Shown: positions 33,737-43,371 of the stretch, in pieces
How the letters are laid out: every line of letters begins with the position of its first letter
Numbering within the stretch: position 1 is the first letter of the stretch
Assembly: GCA_012798435.1 (NCBI GenBank)
Contig: JAAZNF010000003.1
Span: 2,154 to 66,153 of the forward strand
DNA length: 64,000 bases
From: Myxococcales bacterium
GTDB lineage: Bacteria > Myxococcota > B64-G9
Direction: 5' to 3'
Notes under the pieces: generated by a model
The model's input: only the letters and a program-made list of their open reading frames with translations
Told to the model about the DNA's origin: nothing
Databases searched by the model: none
Translations under genes and position numbers: made by a program

Positions 33737-35905
33737 TCAGCGGCGAGCCTCGTCCGGGACGTTTTCCTTCTCGGACATGCCCTCGGCGGAGATCTGGTCG
33801 GAGAGCAGGGTGAGCGCGATCTCCACCGCCTTGCGGGCGCGCTCCTTGATCTTCTCGTCGCCCTTGATCTTCTGGAAGGCCTTGACCACCCGTTCCTCGT
33901 GGTCGGCCAGATCCTTCTTGAGCCCCGCGATCTGCTGCTCCAGGGCCTCGATGGTACCGCGGGCGCGTTCGAGGTCGGCCTGCAGGCCGGGCAGGCGCGC
34001 GGCGTCTTCCCGGGTCTTCTGGTGGGCCCCCCGCTCCTGTTCCAGCGCGGCGCGCGTGTCCTCCAGTTGCTTGCGCACCTCGTTCATCTCCTGTTGCAGC
34101 TTGTCGATCTCGTTGCGGTAGCGCGTGCGCAGACCGTACACCTCGTCGGCGTGGCGCTGCTTGGTGTCCTCCATCTCGTTTTGCAGGCGAGCCACCTGGT
34201 CCTTGGCGGCCTCCATCGAGGCCTGCACCTCTTGCAGGGCGCGCTGGTGCTCCTCCGCGGCCACCGAGATGCGGTGCTCGAGCTCGGCGGTGTCGCGACT
34301 GTAACGCTCGTCCCAGTCGGCCATCAGCGCCTGGTGCTGCGTCTCCAGGTCTTTCTTCTCGCGGGTCAGCGAGTCCAGTCGGTTGTTGAGATCGAGGATC
34401 TTCTGGTCGCGCCGGGATAGCTCCTCGCGCAGCGAGGCGATCTGTTGTTCGCGCTCGCCCACCTTCTCCTGAGCGTCCAGGACCTCCTGGTCGCGCCGGT
34501 TGATCTCCTCCTTGAGATCGAGGATCTCCCGGTCCTTGGCGTTGATCTGGGTCTTGAGCGCGAGCAGCTCCTTGTCGCGCGAGGTGCCCTTGGTACGGAT
34601 GCCAGCGAACTCGGCCTCGCGCTTGGCGAAATCGTCCTGGAGCTCGACGATTTTGGCCTCGAGGGCGCGCACCTGCTCGCGCAGCTTGCGGTTCTCCTCC
34701 TCCTGCTCCGCGGACGGGCCGGCGGAGACGGCAGGCGCCGCAGGTGCAGGCGGAGCGGCCGCGGGCTGCGCCTCCATCACAGGGGCCGCGGCCGGCGGCG
34801 GCGCGGGCTGTTCGGCGGGTTGCGGCAAGGGCGGGACCGGCGGCAACGGCTGCGGCGCGGGCGATTCTTCCGCGGGGGCCTCCGGCGCGGCCTCTTCCTC
34901 CAGCGTCAGCAGCGTGTCCGCTTCGGACAAGGCCGGCGCCACGTCGCCCGTGTCGGGGCTGACGAACGCGTCGGCCTCCTTGCTGCCCGCCGGGTCGGCC
35001 AACGACTCGGGTGCGAGGTCCATCGCGTCCTCGATCGGCGTCGCCGGATGTTCCGGCGGCACGGCGGCCGCCTGGCGCCCCGTCTCCGTGGGTATCTCCG
35101 GTTCTCCGGGAGAACCCAGACCGTCCAGCGCCGACAGGTCGAGCGACTCGTCCCCACCCGTCCCCTCCTCGACCGGAACCGGCTCCTCGTCGAGCCCTCC
35201 CAGGACGTCGTCGATCTGGGCCAACTCTTCCTCTGCCACATCGACCGGCTTGGCCTCGTCCGCGCTGGGAGGCGGGGCCGCGTCGTCCTCCAGGCCGGCG
35301 AACACGTCGTCGAACTTCTCCAAATCGTCGCCCGCGGGAGCCACCTCGCTGGATTTCTCCAGCGGGCTCTGCATGATGACGGTGGAGTCCTCGGTGGCGA
35401 AATCGAGGGATTCGTCTTCACCTAGCGCATCCACCGCATCCTGCCCGCCGGGCAGATCCTCGTCGATGGCGATGGCCTCGTCGTCGTCCAGCGTGATCAA
35501 TTCCTCTTCGCCTGCATCGGCGCGTGGGTCGAGCAGCAGCAGCGCCTGGACCTTACCGAGGAGCTGTTCCTGCGTGAACGGCTTGATGATGTATTCCTCG
35601 GCGTGGGCCTTGAGCTTGCGGTGTTGCTCGAAGGTATCCTCGGTGGCCTCCGCGGACATGATGACCATCGGGATGTTCTTGAGCTTCTTGTCTTTTTTGA
35701 ACTTGGTGCAGATGGAGTAACCGCTCATCTTGGGAAGCTCCACGCACAGCAGCACCAGATCGGGCTGGAAATCGTTCGCCTGCTCCTGAGCGGTCTTCCC
35801 GTCGACTTCCCTGCGGATCTCGACGTCGAATGCACGAAACATCAAGGCGATTTCATTGAAGAAACCGTCATCGCTCTCGATCACCAGTATCTTCTTCTGG
35901 GCCAT
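33737..35905 (-). CDS. FrzS/AglZ-like protein: N-terminal pseudo-receiver domain (phospho-acceptor Asp replaced by Cys), long acidic Pro/Ala-rich linker, C-terminal coiled coil.
   Basis: KILVIESDD...PDLVLLCVELPKMSGY...HRKLKAHAEEYIIKP; ~300-aa D/E/P/A-rich linker; heptad-rich C-terminus (LREQVRALEAKIVELQ...). Confidence 0.7.
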   Translation of the reverse strand: MAQKKILVIESDDGFFNEIALMFRAFDVEIRREVDGKTAQEQANDFQPDLVLLCVELPKMSGYSICTKFKKDKKLKNIPMVIMSAEATEDTFEQHRKLKAHAEEYIIKPFTQEQLLGKVQALLLLDPRADAGEEELITLDDDEAIAIDEDLPGGQDAVDALGEDESLDFATEDSTVIMQSPLEKSSEVAPAGDDLEKFDDVFAGLEDDAAPPPSADEAKPVDVAEEELAQIDDVLGGLDEEPVPVEEGTGGDESLDLSALDGLGSPGEPEIPTETGRQAAAVPPEHPATPIEDAMDLAPESLADPAGSKEADAFVSPDTGDVAPALSEADTLLTLEEEAAPEAPAEESPAPQPLPPVPPLPQPAEQPAPPPAAAPVMEAQPAAAPPAPAAPAVSAGPSAEQEEENRKLREQVRALEAKIVELQDDFAKREAEFAGIRTKGTSRDKELLALKTQINAKDREILDLKEEINRRDQEVLDAQEKVGEREQQIASLREELSRRDQKILDLNNRLDSLTREKKDLETQHQALMADWDERYSRDTAELEHRISVAAEEHQRALQEVQASMEAAKDQVARLQNEMEDTKQRHADEVYGLRTRYRNEIDKLQQEMNEVRKQLEDTRAALEQERGAHQKTREDAARLPGLQADLERARGTIEALEQQIAGLKKDLADHEERVVKAFQKIKGDEKIKERARKAVEIALTLLSDQISAEGMSEKENVPDEARR

Positions 35906-36000
35906 GGATGTTCCTTCATCCAGTGAACGCCAACGATTAACCTCTCCGGGCGCTAGTGTAGGTTTGCGGGGCGGAGCCTGTCAACAAAACGCGCGCCTTC

Positions 36001-37782
36001 TCATCCACCGAGGCGCAGCGGCATTCGAGGAACCTCGAAGGGAGGCCCCGAGAAGCGAGGGAAGCCGATGCCCTTGATCACCTGGCTGATACAGATGGCC
36101 ACGAAAGTCCCTCGGTGCTCCTCGCTCAGGACGTTGACCTCGTTGACCTTGCCGCTGTTCTGGATCACGAAGCCGACGATCAGCGTCCCGGTGACCGTGG
36201 GATCGCGCTGGAGCTGTTGCTCGACGCACCCCTTCATGGCGCGCTGGTAGGCGCGCAGGGTGTTCATGACCGTCTCTTTGGTCATGGGGCCGAGGCCCTC
36301 ATCGCCGCCCGCGGCAGGTTTGTCGGGCGGCTTGGGCGGCTTGACGTCCCCTGTCTTGTCCGGCGGTTTGGGTGGCTTGACGGCGACCGTGGTCCCGCCT
36401 CCGCGGGGATTCTTGCCCGGATTGTGTTTCGGGTTCCGCTCGCCGGGGGTCTCCGGCTTCTTGCGGGGATCGACCGGTTCGGCGACCACCTCGCGTCCAG
36501 CATCCGCGCCCTCGGCCGGCGTATTGGGCGATCCCGCGTCAAGCGCCTCGGCCGCGCCGGCATCGGCGGGCTGGGCGACCCCGGCGTCGGGTCCCGCGGG
36601 CGCTACCGGTCCAGCCTCGGCGACCGGCGGGGGGAGCGGCGCAGGACCCGGGCTCAGGCCATCGCCGCGGTTCGAGAAGAGTAGGAAGGCGGCGCCTCCG
36701 CCGACGACCACCACCAGCCCCGCGATGACCGACAGGGCCACGACCTTGGAAGACGACTTGCTGCGGGCGCCGCCCAGGTAGGCCGGGCCGGCGATGACCT
36801 GGCTGTGACGCGTGTCCTCGAAGTAGCGGCTCCCCGTCCCCGGCACCTTGCGATCCAGCGACGAGTCGAAAAAGCTCTCGGGTGGCCGGGCGACCTCACC
36901 GGATGCCACGTCCTCTCGCTCCCAGGGTGCGAGTTCCTCTCCTCCGGGATCCTCAGCGACCGGCGGAGCCTCCGCGGGCTGCGGAGCGGGCGCCGGCGGC
37001 TTGCTCTTGACCTGGGCCAGCTCGTCCTCGACCAGCGAGGCCAGCGAGGACTCCTGCACCGGGGCCCACTGGTCCGCGGGCGGCGCGCTCGGTTTGGATA
37101 CCGCCGTGGGGACATCTTTCTTTTCACCAGTAGCGCCGGTCCCGAGCAGGTACCGGAGCCGCGGTATGTCCTGGATGGCCTGCCAGTCCCCCATGCCCGA
37201 CTGCCAGGCCAGGCTCTCGCCGGTGATCTCTCCCGCCGCGAAGCGCCGCTCGACCTCGGCGAGCGGCAGTGGGCCGACCTGCTGGTCCTTGACGGCCACG
37301 AACCACTCCTCGTTGGCCGCCGTGCTCGACTCGGCCGGCACCTGGCTCGAGCCCAGATCGTCGAACACCCGGTCGATCTTGTCGCGCTCGAGCCCTTTCT
37401 TGCGGGCCCGCTGCCGCTCGATCTCCTCCATGGAGAGGACGGCCGTCTCCTGGCCTTCCTCCTCCTCGCCCCCTGCATCCTCTGGCGGCAAACCGTCCTT
37501 GAGCAGTTGGTCGAAGGCCTGTCCCAGCTCGTCCCGCTCGCTCGTCGCCCCCGGCTCGGCGGCCGTTTCCGCCGAGGCGAGGGGTGCGCCGGCGTCCGGC
37601 GATGTGGCCCCGGCAGGCGCCTGCCGCGTGAGGGTGCGATCGGTCGGCTCGCCGGTCGGCTGCGCGGCCTGCACCACGATGACGTTCCCGCAGCGCTTGC
37701 AGCGCACCTTGACGCCCCGCGTCCCCACCTTGTCATCGGAGATCAGGTATTGGGTCGAGCAGTTGTCGCAAACGAATTTCAT
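36001..37782 (-). CDS. MJ0042-type zinc-ribbon protein with GYF/DUF4339-like domain, one TM helix and C-terminal TonB-C-like periplasmic domain.
   Basis: MKFVCDNCSTQYLI...VRCKRCGNVI; EEWFVAVKDQQVGPL...GESLAWQSGMGDWQ; TM VVALSVIAGLVVVVGGG; Pro-rich KPPKPPDK repeats. Confidence 0.6.
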   Translation of the reverse strand: MKFVCDNCSTQYLISDDKVGTRGVKVRCKRCGNVIVVQAAQPTGEPTDRTLTRQAPAGATSPDAGAPLASAETAAEPGATSERDELGQAFDQLLKDGLPPEDAGGEEEEGQETAVLSMEEIERQRARKKGLERDKIDRVFDDLGSSQVPAESSTAANEEWFVAVKDQQVGPLPLAEVERRFAAGEITGESLAWQSGMGDWQAIQDIPRLRYLLGTGATGEKKDVPTAVSKPSAPPADQWAPVQESSLASLVEDELAQVKSKPPAPAPQPAEAPPVAEDPGGEELAPWEREDVASGEVARPPESFFDSSLDRKVPGTGSRYFEDTRHSQVIAGPAYLGGARSKSSSKVVALSVIAGLVVVVGGGAAFLLFSNRGDGLSPGPAPLPPPVAEAGPVAPAGPDAGVAQPADAGAAEALDAGSPNTPAEGADAGREVVAEPVDPRKKPETPGERNPKHNPGKNPRGGGTTVAVKPPKPPDKTGDVKPPKPPDKPAAGGDEGLGPMTKETVMNTLRAYQRAMKGCVEQQLQRDPTVTGTLIVGFVIQNSGKVNEVNVLSEEHRGTFVAICISQVIKGIGFPRFSGPPFEVPRMPLRLGG

Positions 37783-37932
37783 TGGAGAGGCTCGCTCCTT
37801 GACGGACGCATCATGATCAGACGCTCCACAGGGCGCTTCGATCCCTGTCCGCAGGGTCTTCTCCGACCGGATGGTAGCAGAGGACGGGCATCATCTCAAG
37901 AATCCAACCAGGCCGGCTCTGGCTCCGGTTCG

Positions 37933-40900
37933 TCAGCTACCCACCGCCAGGGCCAACACTTCGCGAAGCTTCAGGTATTGCGGGCTCGACATGAACACCA
38001 GAAGCTCCCGGATCTTCTGGATGGGCCGCATGGGGGTGATGCCTGCGGGCTCGTTCTTGAGGATGCCCATGGCGGTCGGGATGTCGTTGCACACCACGAA
38101 GCCACAGCGGTTGACCGAGTGTTCCACCGCCTCCAGCCAGTTCTTGAGGCTGAAGGCGCGCGGGTTCTTGAGGTAGTCGGCCACCGCCCGCTGGAGCATG
38201 GCCACGCCGTCCTCGCGCAGGGCGCGCTTGAGGCCGGCCCGGGCGCGCTCGATCTCCTTGGGATCGCCCTCGGCCTTGTGGCGGGGGTCGACCTGCAGAC
38301 ACACCGCCTGCAGCAGGTCGTTGAGGCGCGACAGCGGCAAGGCGCAGGCCAGGATGAACTCTGGCCGCACCATGGCGAGCTGCCGGCCGATGTAGAACAA
38401 GAGGTGCTTCTTCTTGTCCTCGCGGAAGACGTCGCGGTAAGCGATGACCGCGGTGGGCCGCGTCAGCGCCAGGGCGATGCCGGGCAGGTGGGGCGCCTCC
38501 TGATCCTTGAGGGCGAACAGCTCCACCTCCGGGCCACCCAGCGCCTTGGCCGCCAGGCGGAAGTTGTGGGCCACCAGGCTGCGATCGCGCGCCAGGTCGA
38601 TCTGGTGCTCGCGCCGATTGAGCCCCACGTCCTTGTGCTCGCGCACGAACATGGCCGGCGCCACCCGGTACAGCAGGCCGAAGATGCGAGTGAAGGGCAC
38701 CTTGACGCCGGGGTGCGCCAGGTACTCCTCCCACAACTTGTCGTTGATGGCCCGGCCGGCCAGCTCGGGCGCCTTCTTGGAGAAGTAGGCGACGATCTTG
38801 TTCTCCTCGTCGTCGGCCTTCTTGAGGTAGCGCAGGATGGAGGCCAGCACGTAGACCTTGTCGTAATCCTTGCGGTTGTTATAGAGCTTCCACAGCGTCC
38901 GGTAGCTCGCCACCCGCTCGGCGGAGGCCGCCAACACTCGGTGGTGGACCGTGATGGCCTCGTCGGTGGCCCCCTGCTTGGCCGCCAGCAGATCGCCCAG
39001 GGTGGCCAGCGCGTTCACGTCGTCCGGGTCCAGGGTCACGATCATGCGGTAGGCGTCGATGGCCTCGTTGAGGTTGCGCAGCACCACCCGGCACAGCTCG
39101 CCCAGGTCCTTCCACAGGGCCAGCTTGGTCTTGCGGGCCTCCACCGGCAGGCGCTTCACCATCTTGATGTAGTTGTCGCGTAGCTGCAGCCAGTCCTTGC
39201 GCCGGGTGAGGATCTCCACCACGGCCTGGAAGGCCTGCACTGCCGAGGGGTCCAGATCCAGCGCGGCGTTGAAGTGCTCCACCGCTCGCAGGTCGTCGCG
39301 CAGCTCGTCGCGCAGGAGCTGGCCGGCCTGCTGGTGGTAGCCGACCAGCATGCGGGGACGGGCCTCGATCTGGATGATGCGCTCCAGGCACTCCACCGCC
39401 TTGGGGAACTGCCGGGTCTCGGTGTATAGCGCGAGCAGCTGGGTCTGCGGCTCCAGCGACTCCGGCTGGGCCCGGGCGGCGCCCAGCAGCGCGTCCACCG
39501 CCCGGAAGGGGTCCTGCAGCTTCTCGCGGCACAGGCTGGCCAGGCGCAGGTAGTGATCGTAGAGATCATCGCCGTCCAGCGAGTCGAGCATCTGGGTGCC
39601 GAAGTCGTAGGCCTCTTCCCAGCTCTGGCGCTCCTCGGCGATTCGGAACAGGTACTGCAGCGAGGCCAGGTGCCCGGCGTCGATCTCCAGGGCCTTCTTG
39701 AAGCTGGCCTGGGCGCGGTCCAGCTCGCCCATGCGGTAATTCACGTCGCCGATCTGCCAGTGGATCTCGGCCACCTCCGCGTCCGACAGCGAGTTGCGGT
39801 GGTGGATCAGAATGGTCTGGTAGATGCGGTAGGCCTCCTCCCACTTCTCGGCCTTGAGCAACGCATTGCCCAGGCCCTCCAGGGCCGGCAGGTAGGTGGC
39901 GTCCAGCTCGTAGGAGGTCCGGTAGTGTTCCAGAGCCCGATCCTCCTTGCCGAGCTTCTCGGTGATGTACCCCAGACGGTAGTACTGCCGGCACAGCTCC
40001 TTGCTCTCGGTGTTGCGGTCCAGGCCCGCCACCACCACCTCCATCATGATCTCGGCCCGCTCCCACTGCTCGGTGCGGAAGTAGATGTCCGCCAATGGCT
40101 TCGCCGCCGGCAGGTAGTTGGCGGTGAGCCGCAGCGCTTCCTCGTATGCCTGCGCCGCCCGGGCGGTGTCCTCCCCCTGGTCCTGCACGAACTTGCCGAT
40201 CTCGAAGTAGAGCCGCGTCTTCTCCTCGATGTCCTCGGTGTACTCGGCCTCCTGACTCATCATCTCCAGGTAGCGGTCAAACTCCTTGTCCAGGTAGTAG
40301 ATGAGCTTGAGGGCCTTGATGGCCGGCAGGTAGGCGGGGTCGATGGCCAGTGCGTGCGAATAGGCCTCGCGCGCCGCCTGGCTGTCCAGCAGCATGTCCT
40401 CGTTGATCTTCCCCTGGCGGTAGTACAGGTCCACCGCCTCCGGGGTGGCACCGCACAGCTCGGCCTCTTTGCTGAGCATCTCGATGGCGTTGAACCAGTT
40501 CCCGCTCTTCTCGTACAACTGTCCCAGGGCGTGGATGGCCGGCCGGGAGCGCGGGTCGATGGCCAGGGCCTTGGCATACACCTCCTCGGCCTTGTCCACG
40601 CGCGACAGCTCCCGGTACCACACGTCGCCGATGGCCAGGTGAATCTCCACCTGCTCGTTGCGGTCATCGGTGAGTTGGATGTGGCGATAGTAGAGGTCGA
40701 TCAGCCGGTTGAAGTCGCCCAGCCGACGCACCAGGCGCTCCTGGGCCTTCACCGCCGGGAGGTTGGCGGGATCCAGCTCCAGGATGCGGTCGAAACAGGC
40801 CGAGGCGGTCTCGGCGTTGCCGAAGCGCTCCTCGTAGATGGTCCCCATCTTGCTGAGGATCTTGATCTTCTCGTCGCGCTCCGGCACCAGCTGCACCTGT

Positions 40901-43329
40901 TGCTCGAACACCGGCAAAAGCTCGCTGAAGCGATCGAGGCGGGTGAACAGCCGCTCCAACGCCTTGAGGCTCTCCAGGTGCGCCGGTTCGAACTCGAGCA
41001 CCGCCTGGTAGGCCCGGATGGCCTGCTCGTCGTCCTGCAGCTCGGTCTCGTAGATGCTGGCGATGTTGGCGAGGTAGTTGACGGTCACCGCGCGCTCGTC
41101 GGCCTGATCGGCGGCCCGGCGCAGGATCTGGATGAGCTCCTTCCACTTGGCTTCCTGCTGATAGAGCCGAATGAGGTTCTGGATGGCCGGCGTGTCGCGC
41201 CCGTCGAGCTCGAGCACCCGCTTGAGGGTGTCGACCGAAAGGTCGATGCGGGACAGGCGCTCCTCCTGCAGGCGGGCGATCTGGTGCAGGATCTCCTTGC
41301 GCGCCTCCAGCGTGTCGCTGCGGTCGTACTTGTTCTCCAGGACCTGGATGAGATCCCCGATGCGGTCGGCGTCGCGGTACAGCTCGGCCAGCGCGTCCAG
41401 CGACGACACGTCGCGCCGGTCCAGGGCGATGGCCTTGCGCAGGAAGGCCTCGGCCTGCTCGGGCTGGTTCAGGCGGGAGCGGTGGATGGAGGCGATCTTC
41501 TGGTAGAGTTTGACCGCGCGCGAGCCGCCGCCCACCTCGCTGGTGGCGTACTCCAGCACCTCCAGCAGGGTGTCGTAGTCCTCGATCTCGTCGGCCAGTT
41601 GCTCGAGCTTGGTGAGCACCTCGTCGTCGCCGACATCCTCGCGGAAGGCCGCGCAGTAGCGAGCGAAGGCGATGGGCTTCTGGCCCAGGTGGCGCTCGTA
41701 GATCTCGGCGATGGTCTTCATCAGCACCACGCGGTCCTTGCGCTCGCGGATGGCGGCCTGCCGCTTCTCCAGCAGGGTGGCCAGGCGACGCCACTCCTTG
41801 CCGGACTGGTAGATCTCCTGCACCGCCCGGAAGGCTTCGTCGTGCGAGGGATCGATCTCCAGGATCTTCTCGTAGGCCGGGGCGGCGCCGAGCGGCCGGC
41901 CGATGCGCTCCTTCCACAGGGCAGCAACGTCCAGCAGGGCCTGGATGCGGTCCGCCGGCACGGTCTTGAGATCCGCCGCCTGCTCCAGCACCGTCACCGC
42001 ATCGGACCAGGCCTCGTTGGCCTGGAAGATGCGGCCGAGCCGCTCCAACTCCTCCGGGGTGTGCGGTTCGATGTCCTGGGCGCGCTTGGCGGCCTCGATG
42101 GCCTCGGCCCCGCGGTTGAGCTTCTCGCCCAGGATCTCGGCCATCTGGAAGCGCAGCTGCTTGACCCCCAGCATGTCCTCCTGCAGCGGAACCAGCTTGC
42201 GCAGCACCTGGAGCAGGAGATCCCACTGGCCCGAGGCGGTATAGATGCCGCGCAGGGCCTGCAAGGCGCCCTGGTTCTTGGGATCGAGGCGCAGCACCTC
42301 CTGCCAGTTCTTCATGGCCTCTTCCAGCTCGCCCAGCTTCTCGCCCTTGACCCACCCCAGCCGGCTGGACAGGGCCGCGATGCGCTCCGGGTCGTTCGTG
42401 CTGCGCATGCCGGCCTCGATGTGCGCAGCCAGCTCGGCCCAGCGCCCCGCCTTCTCGAAGAGCTGGTCCAGCGCCTGGAATGCCTCGCGGTTGCGCGGGT
42501 CGGCCTGCAGCACCTTCTGCCACAGGGCGATGGCGTCGTCGGGGCGGTTCAACGGCCCGGCGGCCAGATCGGCGATGCGCGCCTCCAGCTCCGCCCGCTC
42601 GTCGGCGTCCTGGGACGCATCCAGGTGGGCCTTCAGGGTGTCGAACAGCGCCTCGTGGTTGCCCTGCTCGGCGAAGGCCCGCTCCAGCGCGCGCAGGCTG
42701 TCGAGGTGGCCCGGCGAAAGGTCGAGCACCCGGCGGAAATACCCCACCGCGCGCGCGGAGTTCTGCAACTTGTCCTGCAGCACGCTCCCCAGACGGAACA
42801 GGACCTCCACCTGTTCCTTCGGCTCGCCAGCGAGATCCACCAGCCGCGACAGCGCCTCCACCTGCTCGTCGTAGCGTTCGCGCTGCGCGTACAGTCCCTC
42901 AAGGGCCGCCCAGGCAGCGCGGTTACGGCCGTCGAAGCGGGTCGCCACCTTGTAGAAGCGGACGGTGTCCTCCCACTCGCCACCGGTCTGGGTGTGGATC
43001 TCGGCCAGCTTCATGGCCACTGCCGCGCCCACCACCGCGTCCTCGATGTTGTCCAGCTCCTCCTCGTACACCGCGGCCAGGGCCTCCAGGTTCTCTTCCT
43101 CGGCCGCCAACCGTTCGAGCTGCTCGCGGGCGGTGATGCTGCCCAGGTCCTCGTGGAACACCCGCACCCAGGTGTTGAAGGCCAGCGACTTCAGGTTGAG
43201 GTGCTGCTCCTGCACCATGGCGATCTTCTGCAGCAGCTCCACCCGGCGAGCCATGACCCGCGACTGGCGCACCTGCTGCTCCAGGATGTCCACGTACTTC
43301 TTCCAGTTGCCGGTCCGCTCGTAGGCCAC
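37933..43329 (-). CDS. Giant tetratricopeptide-repeat protein (1798 aa). GTG start at 43329 is doubtful; may be the C-terminal part of a single ~4100-aa protein with the upstream ORF.
   Basis: Dozens of 34-aa TPR units (W..LG.......A...Y..AL..DP); same frame as upstream ORF. Confidence 0.7.
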   Translation of the reverse strand: MAYERTGNWKKYVDILEQQVRQSRVMARRVELLQKIAMVQEQHLNLKSLAFNTWVRVFHEDLGSITAREQLERLAAEEENLEALAAVYEEELDNIEDAVVGAAVAMKLAEIHTQTGGEWEDTVRFYKVATRFDGRNRAAWAALEGLYAQRERYDEQVEALSRLVDLAGEPKEQVEVLFRLGSVLQDKLQNSARAVGYFRRVLDLSPGHLDSLRALERAFAEQGNHEALFDTLKAHLDASQDADERAELEARIADLAAGPLNRPDDAIALWQKVLQADPRNREAFQALDQLFEKAGRWAELAAHIEAGMRSTNDPERIAALSSRLGWVKGEKLGELEEAMKNWQEVLRLDPKNQGALQALRGIYTASGQWDLLLQVLRKLVPLQEDMLGVKQLRFQMAEILGEKLNRGAEAIEAAKRAQDIEPHTPEELERLGRIFQANEAWSDAVTVLEQAADLKTVPADRIQALLDVAALWKERIGRPLGAAPAYEKILEIDPSHDEAFRAVQEIYQSGKEWRRLATLLEKRQAAIRERKDRVVLMKTIAEIYERHLGQKPIAFARYCAAFREDVGDDEVLTKLEQLADEIEDYDTLLEVLEYATSEVGGGSRAVKLYQKIASIHRSRLNQPEQAEAFLRKAIALDRRDVSSLDALAELYRDADRIGDLIQVLENKYDRSDTLEARKEILHQIARLQEERLSRIDLSVDTLKRVLELDGRDTPAIQNLIRLYQQEAKWKELIQILRRAADQADERAVTVNYLANIASIYETELQDDEQAIRAYQAVLEFEPAHLESLKALERLFTRLDRFSELLPVFEQQVQLVPERDEKIKILSKMGTIYEERFGNAETASACFDRILELDPANLPAVKAQERLVRRLGDFNRLIDLYYRHIQLTDDRNEQVEIHLAIGDVWYRELSRVDKAEEVYAKALAIDPRSRPAIHALGQLYEKSGNWFNAIEMLSKEAELCGATPEAVDLYYRQGKINEDMLLDSQAAREAYSHALAIDPAYLPAIKALKLIYYLDKEFDRYLEMMSQEAEYTEDIEEKTRLYFEIGKFVQDQGEDTARAAQAYEEALRLTANYLPAAKPLADIYFRTEQWERAEIMMEVVVAGLDRNTESKELCRQYYRLGYITEKLGKEDRALEHYRTSYELDATYLPALEGLGNALLKAEKWEEAYRIYQTILIHHRNSLSDAEVAEIHWQIGDVNYRMGELDRAQASFKKALEIDAGHLASLQYLFRIAEERQSWEEAYDFGTQMLDSLDGDDLYDHYLRLASLCREKLQDPFRAVDALLGAARAQPESLEPQTQLLALYTETRQFPKAVECLERIIQIEARPRMLVGYHQQAGQLLRDELRDDLRAVEHFNAALDLDPSAVQAFQAVVEILTRRKDWLQLRDNYIKMVKRLPVEARKTKLALWKDLGELCRVVLRNLNEAIDAYRMIVTLDPDDVNALATLGDLLAAKQGATDEAITVHHRVLAASAERVASYRTLWKLYNNRKDYDKVYVLASILRYLKKADDEENKIVAYFSKKAPELAGRAINDKLWEEYLAHPGVKVPFTRIFGLLYRVAPAMFVREHKDVGLNRREHQIDLARDRSLVAHNFRLAAKALGGPEVELFALKDQEAPHLPGIALALTRPTAVIAYRDVFREDKKKHLLFYIGRQLAMVRPEFILACALPLSRLNDLLQAVCLQVDPRHKAEGDPKEIERARAGLKRALREDGVAMLQRAVADYLKNPRAFSLKNWLEAVEHSVNRCGFVVCNDIPTAMGILKNEPAGITPMRPIQKIRELLVFMSSPQYLKLREVLALAVGS

Positions 43330-43371
43330 CTCCAGCAGCCCGGCCGCGCCCTCGAACAGTCGCCCCTCGGC

